A stretch of 63,990 bases of DNA, filler included, from Octopus bimaculoides (lineage: Eukaryota), in the NCBI RefSeq assembly GCF_001194135.2. It is 5 parts of 5 records of this genome, joined end to end, with 100 filler letters (N's around TTAATTAATTAA, not from the genome) between each part and the next. Parts side by side here need not be neighbours in the genome. Positions count along the whole stretch, not along the records: positions 49,545 to 62,791 come from NC_068990.1; positions 62,892 to 63,990 come from NW_026437103.1; 3 more parts are not named here. One strand, given 5' to 3'. Below the pieces are notes generated by a model. The model made no database searches, was not told the origin of the DNA, and was given only the letters and a program-made list of their open reading frames with translations. Of the stretch, positions 61,496 through 63,990 are shown piece after piece (the stretch's first letter is position 1; every line of letters starts with the position of its first letter). The translations under genes and the position numbers were made by a program.

Positions 61496-62408
61496 AAAAT
61501 ACATATATTATATGATATTATAATATATTTATATATTATGTATGTGGTTATGTATCTGTCTTTTTCCTAGAAAGGCTCTGAAATGGTGCACCGTCAAGAA
61601 AAACGAATTTGGTTTTCGAAATCTGCGCCCCAAAGAAAAGTTCGTATATCTATATTAATAAACGCGAAATTCTGTCTGTCCAGGATTCTGGTATCTCAGT
61701 CTACATTTGCTCTACATAGACATAGTATGCGTTTTTGGAATCAAGATACTCCCGGGATTGCCCTTCATTTGATTCTTGAATATCGAGCATTGGGATCTGA
61801 CTTAAAAGCATTTGGGTTGTTATTTCTAGCAGGTAAAGCTTGGTTGATCCACGCCATCTTGGTTGGCGTTTGTCAGATGACGTCAAAGATCAATGGGGAG
61901 ATAAATGACATTCACTTCGTTAATTTTACGTCGAGATAAGAACTTAGGGAAAAATTGACCAACAGTTGGGATTCAACTTGGGACTGGAACCATAGAATGA
62001 TTACATTACAGAATTAATTCTCATCCGTCCTTAAGCTCTGATCAAACACCACCGGGGCATATAGTCATTATAGACATATTATAGCCATGCTATTTAGCTC
62101 TGTTTAGTTTTGGGCTGCAGGTCCAGTTAGTCCACTGCAGGAACTAGCTTAAAAGTCCGCACAGAATGCGGCTTTAAACTAGAAAAATATAATTTGTTAC
62201 GAGAAATAACTTAACTTTTACATCGACAACTCTCCTACTCTTTATCATCACCAATGTATCTTTCTCTCTATATTTACCATACTCTTTGACACTCACTCTC
62301 TTTGTATATGTATTAACTCTCACTCATTGCTTCCATTTTCTTTAAAACCTCATCTTCTAATGTTTACTTTCATTTTATGACAACTATTACGCACAAACCC
62401 TGTTTTCT

Positions 62409-62472
62409 GATTGGATAACAATGATCAAGCTCTAAACCTCGATTGGATAACAATGATCAAGCTCTAAACCTC
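62409..62472. repeat. Perfect 32-bp tandem duplication
   Basis: GATTGGATAACAATGATCAAGCTCTAAACCTC x2. Confidence 0.95.
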
Positions 62473-62791
62473 TGTGACATTTTTCTAAAAATTTTCTGGA
62501 ATAAATATATCACACACTCGGATTTAGCGTGAAAAAGTACATCAATATACCAAATTTGGAAATTTTCACTTAATTTTAAAATTTCAAAATCTTTATCGCT
62601 TTCATTTTTCGATTTTCTCATGGTAAATTTTCTCCTTCTCTATACATTTTTACCACACACTCCCTCACTATAAAATAAATATCTCGCTCACGCTGAGTGT
62701 GTGTATGTATGTGTGTAAGAAATTTCATTAGGGCGATAGAGTGATTTAAAAACGGTATGTAAATCATAATATATATTTATTAGCATACTTT

Positions 62792-62891
62792 NNNNNNNNN
62801 NNNNNNNNNNNNNNNNNNNNNNNNNNNNNNNNNNNTTAATTAATTAANNNNNNNNNNNNNNNNNNNNNNNNNNNNNNNNNNNNNNNNNNNN
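62792..62891. other. Artificial scaffold-join spacer
   Basis: 44 N + TTAATTAATTAA + 44 N. Confidence 0.95.
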
Positions 62892-63241
62892 ATATATATG
62901 TGTATATATATGTGTATATATATGTATATATATATCTATATGTATATCTATATGTATCTATATATTTATGTATGTATGTATATATGGATATAGACGAAGA
63001 TACCGATAGATAAACCGGGCCAAGCAAATCCCGTGAACTTATAGAGGCGGCTGACGTCTGTTTTAGATTACAGCACCTCAGGGATACTATGATTTCTGGT
63101 ATAGAAAGTGTGTTGAGTAGAATATAATTGACCGACGCGGATCCATATATCTGAATGTTACTTGCAGACTTACAACGCCCCTAAAGGGCCTGTGAAATAC
63201 CAGAGTCAGTACTGAGACTTCGACTAGGGATGATATACTTA

Positions 63242-63280
<39 letters not shown>

Positions 63281-63990
63281 ATAACGTGAAACTTGCGTTT
63301 CTTTCTCACTCCAAAAGATTAACTCAATCGAATTAGAAGCGTGTTTTTATAACGCCATCATGTTTTTAATTCTATTTCGTTTTAGAAAAGCAAGCCTTGA
63401 CATAATACCGGAAGACTAAATAGAAATGATTATGATGATGATGATGATAATAATAATAATAAATAGTAGTTGTAGAAGTAGTAGTAAGTTACAATGCAAA
63501 TGATTATAAGGCGATTACTAATGAAATCGCAAACCCTTTTAAAATATAAACAATTCGGAATTGAGAAAAGGAAAAAAACAATAGGGATTTCATAAAAAGA
63601 TTATGACTCGTAAGAATAAGTCACTTGCAAATGATAAAAAAATTGAGCAAGTGAGGAGAAATATAAGCACATAGAAACTGGAGTCGCGTATCACAAGTAA
63701 TCATTCTAAAGAATGAAGGAATTCTTCCTTAGAATTCAGTTAAACTGTTATGTACAGAAAGCATGCTATGAGGATAAGCTCATATATACAAAACTATACA
63801 CGATTTATGAACATAACAGGAATGATGGTTGAAAATGACGTTCATATTAATGATAATAATAAGAGGAACAACAACAGCAACAACAACAATGATACTATTA
63901 ACAGTAAAAGTAGATACAATATTGAATATCAAGATAAGTATATAGAAAGTGTAAACGCTTAAACAATCGGCTTCAAAACATATATATATA

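Overview
AT-rich eukaryotic draft DNA, dense in microsatellites and gaps. It is most consistent with an octopus (coleoid cephalopod) scaffold; this is inferred from the SINE types and the clustered C2H2 genes. Four identical 100-nt spacers (44N-TTAATTAATTAA-44N) split the window into five independently assembled segments, so adjacency across them is not sequence-supported. Segment 10699-36305 holds four C2H2 zinc-finger genes with no recognisable effector domain: A 14105-14884 (+, 9 fingers), D 21259-22455 (+, 13), B 24876-25739 (+, 10) and C 31766-32629 (-, 10). A, B and C share a two-exon layout, a colinear leader reading frame with a positionally conserved stop, and a similar C-terminus. 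B and C are a convergent inverted pair whose leaders are nearly identical but whose DNA-contact residues differ in every finger. The rest is mostly decayed mobile DNA: four tRNA-headed SINE families, an RTE-type 3'-tail repeat, CR1-, RTE- and L1/Tx1-type LINE fragments, mariner/Tc1 elements, a permuted Helitron helicase fragment and a Penelope-like element. The Penelope-like element carries an intact minimal type I hammerhead ribozyme at 40098-40158 (-). All assignments are by eye, with no database search. SINE family numbers are my own labels.
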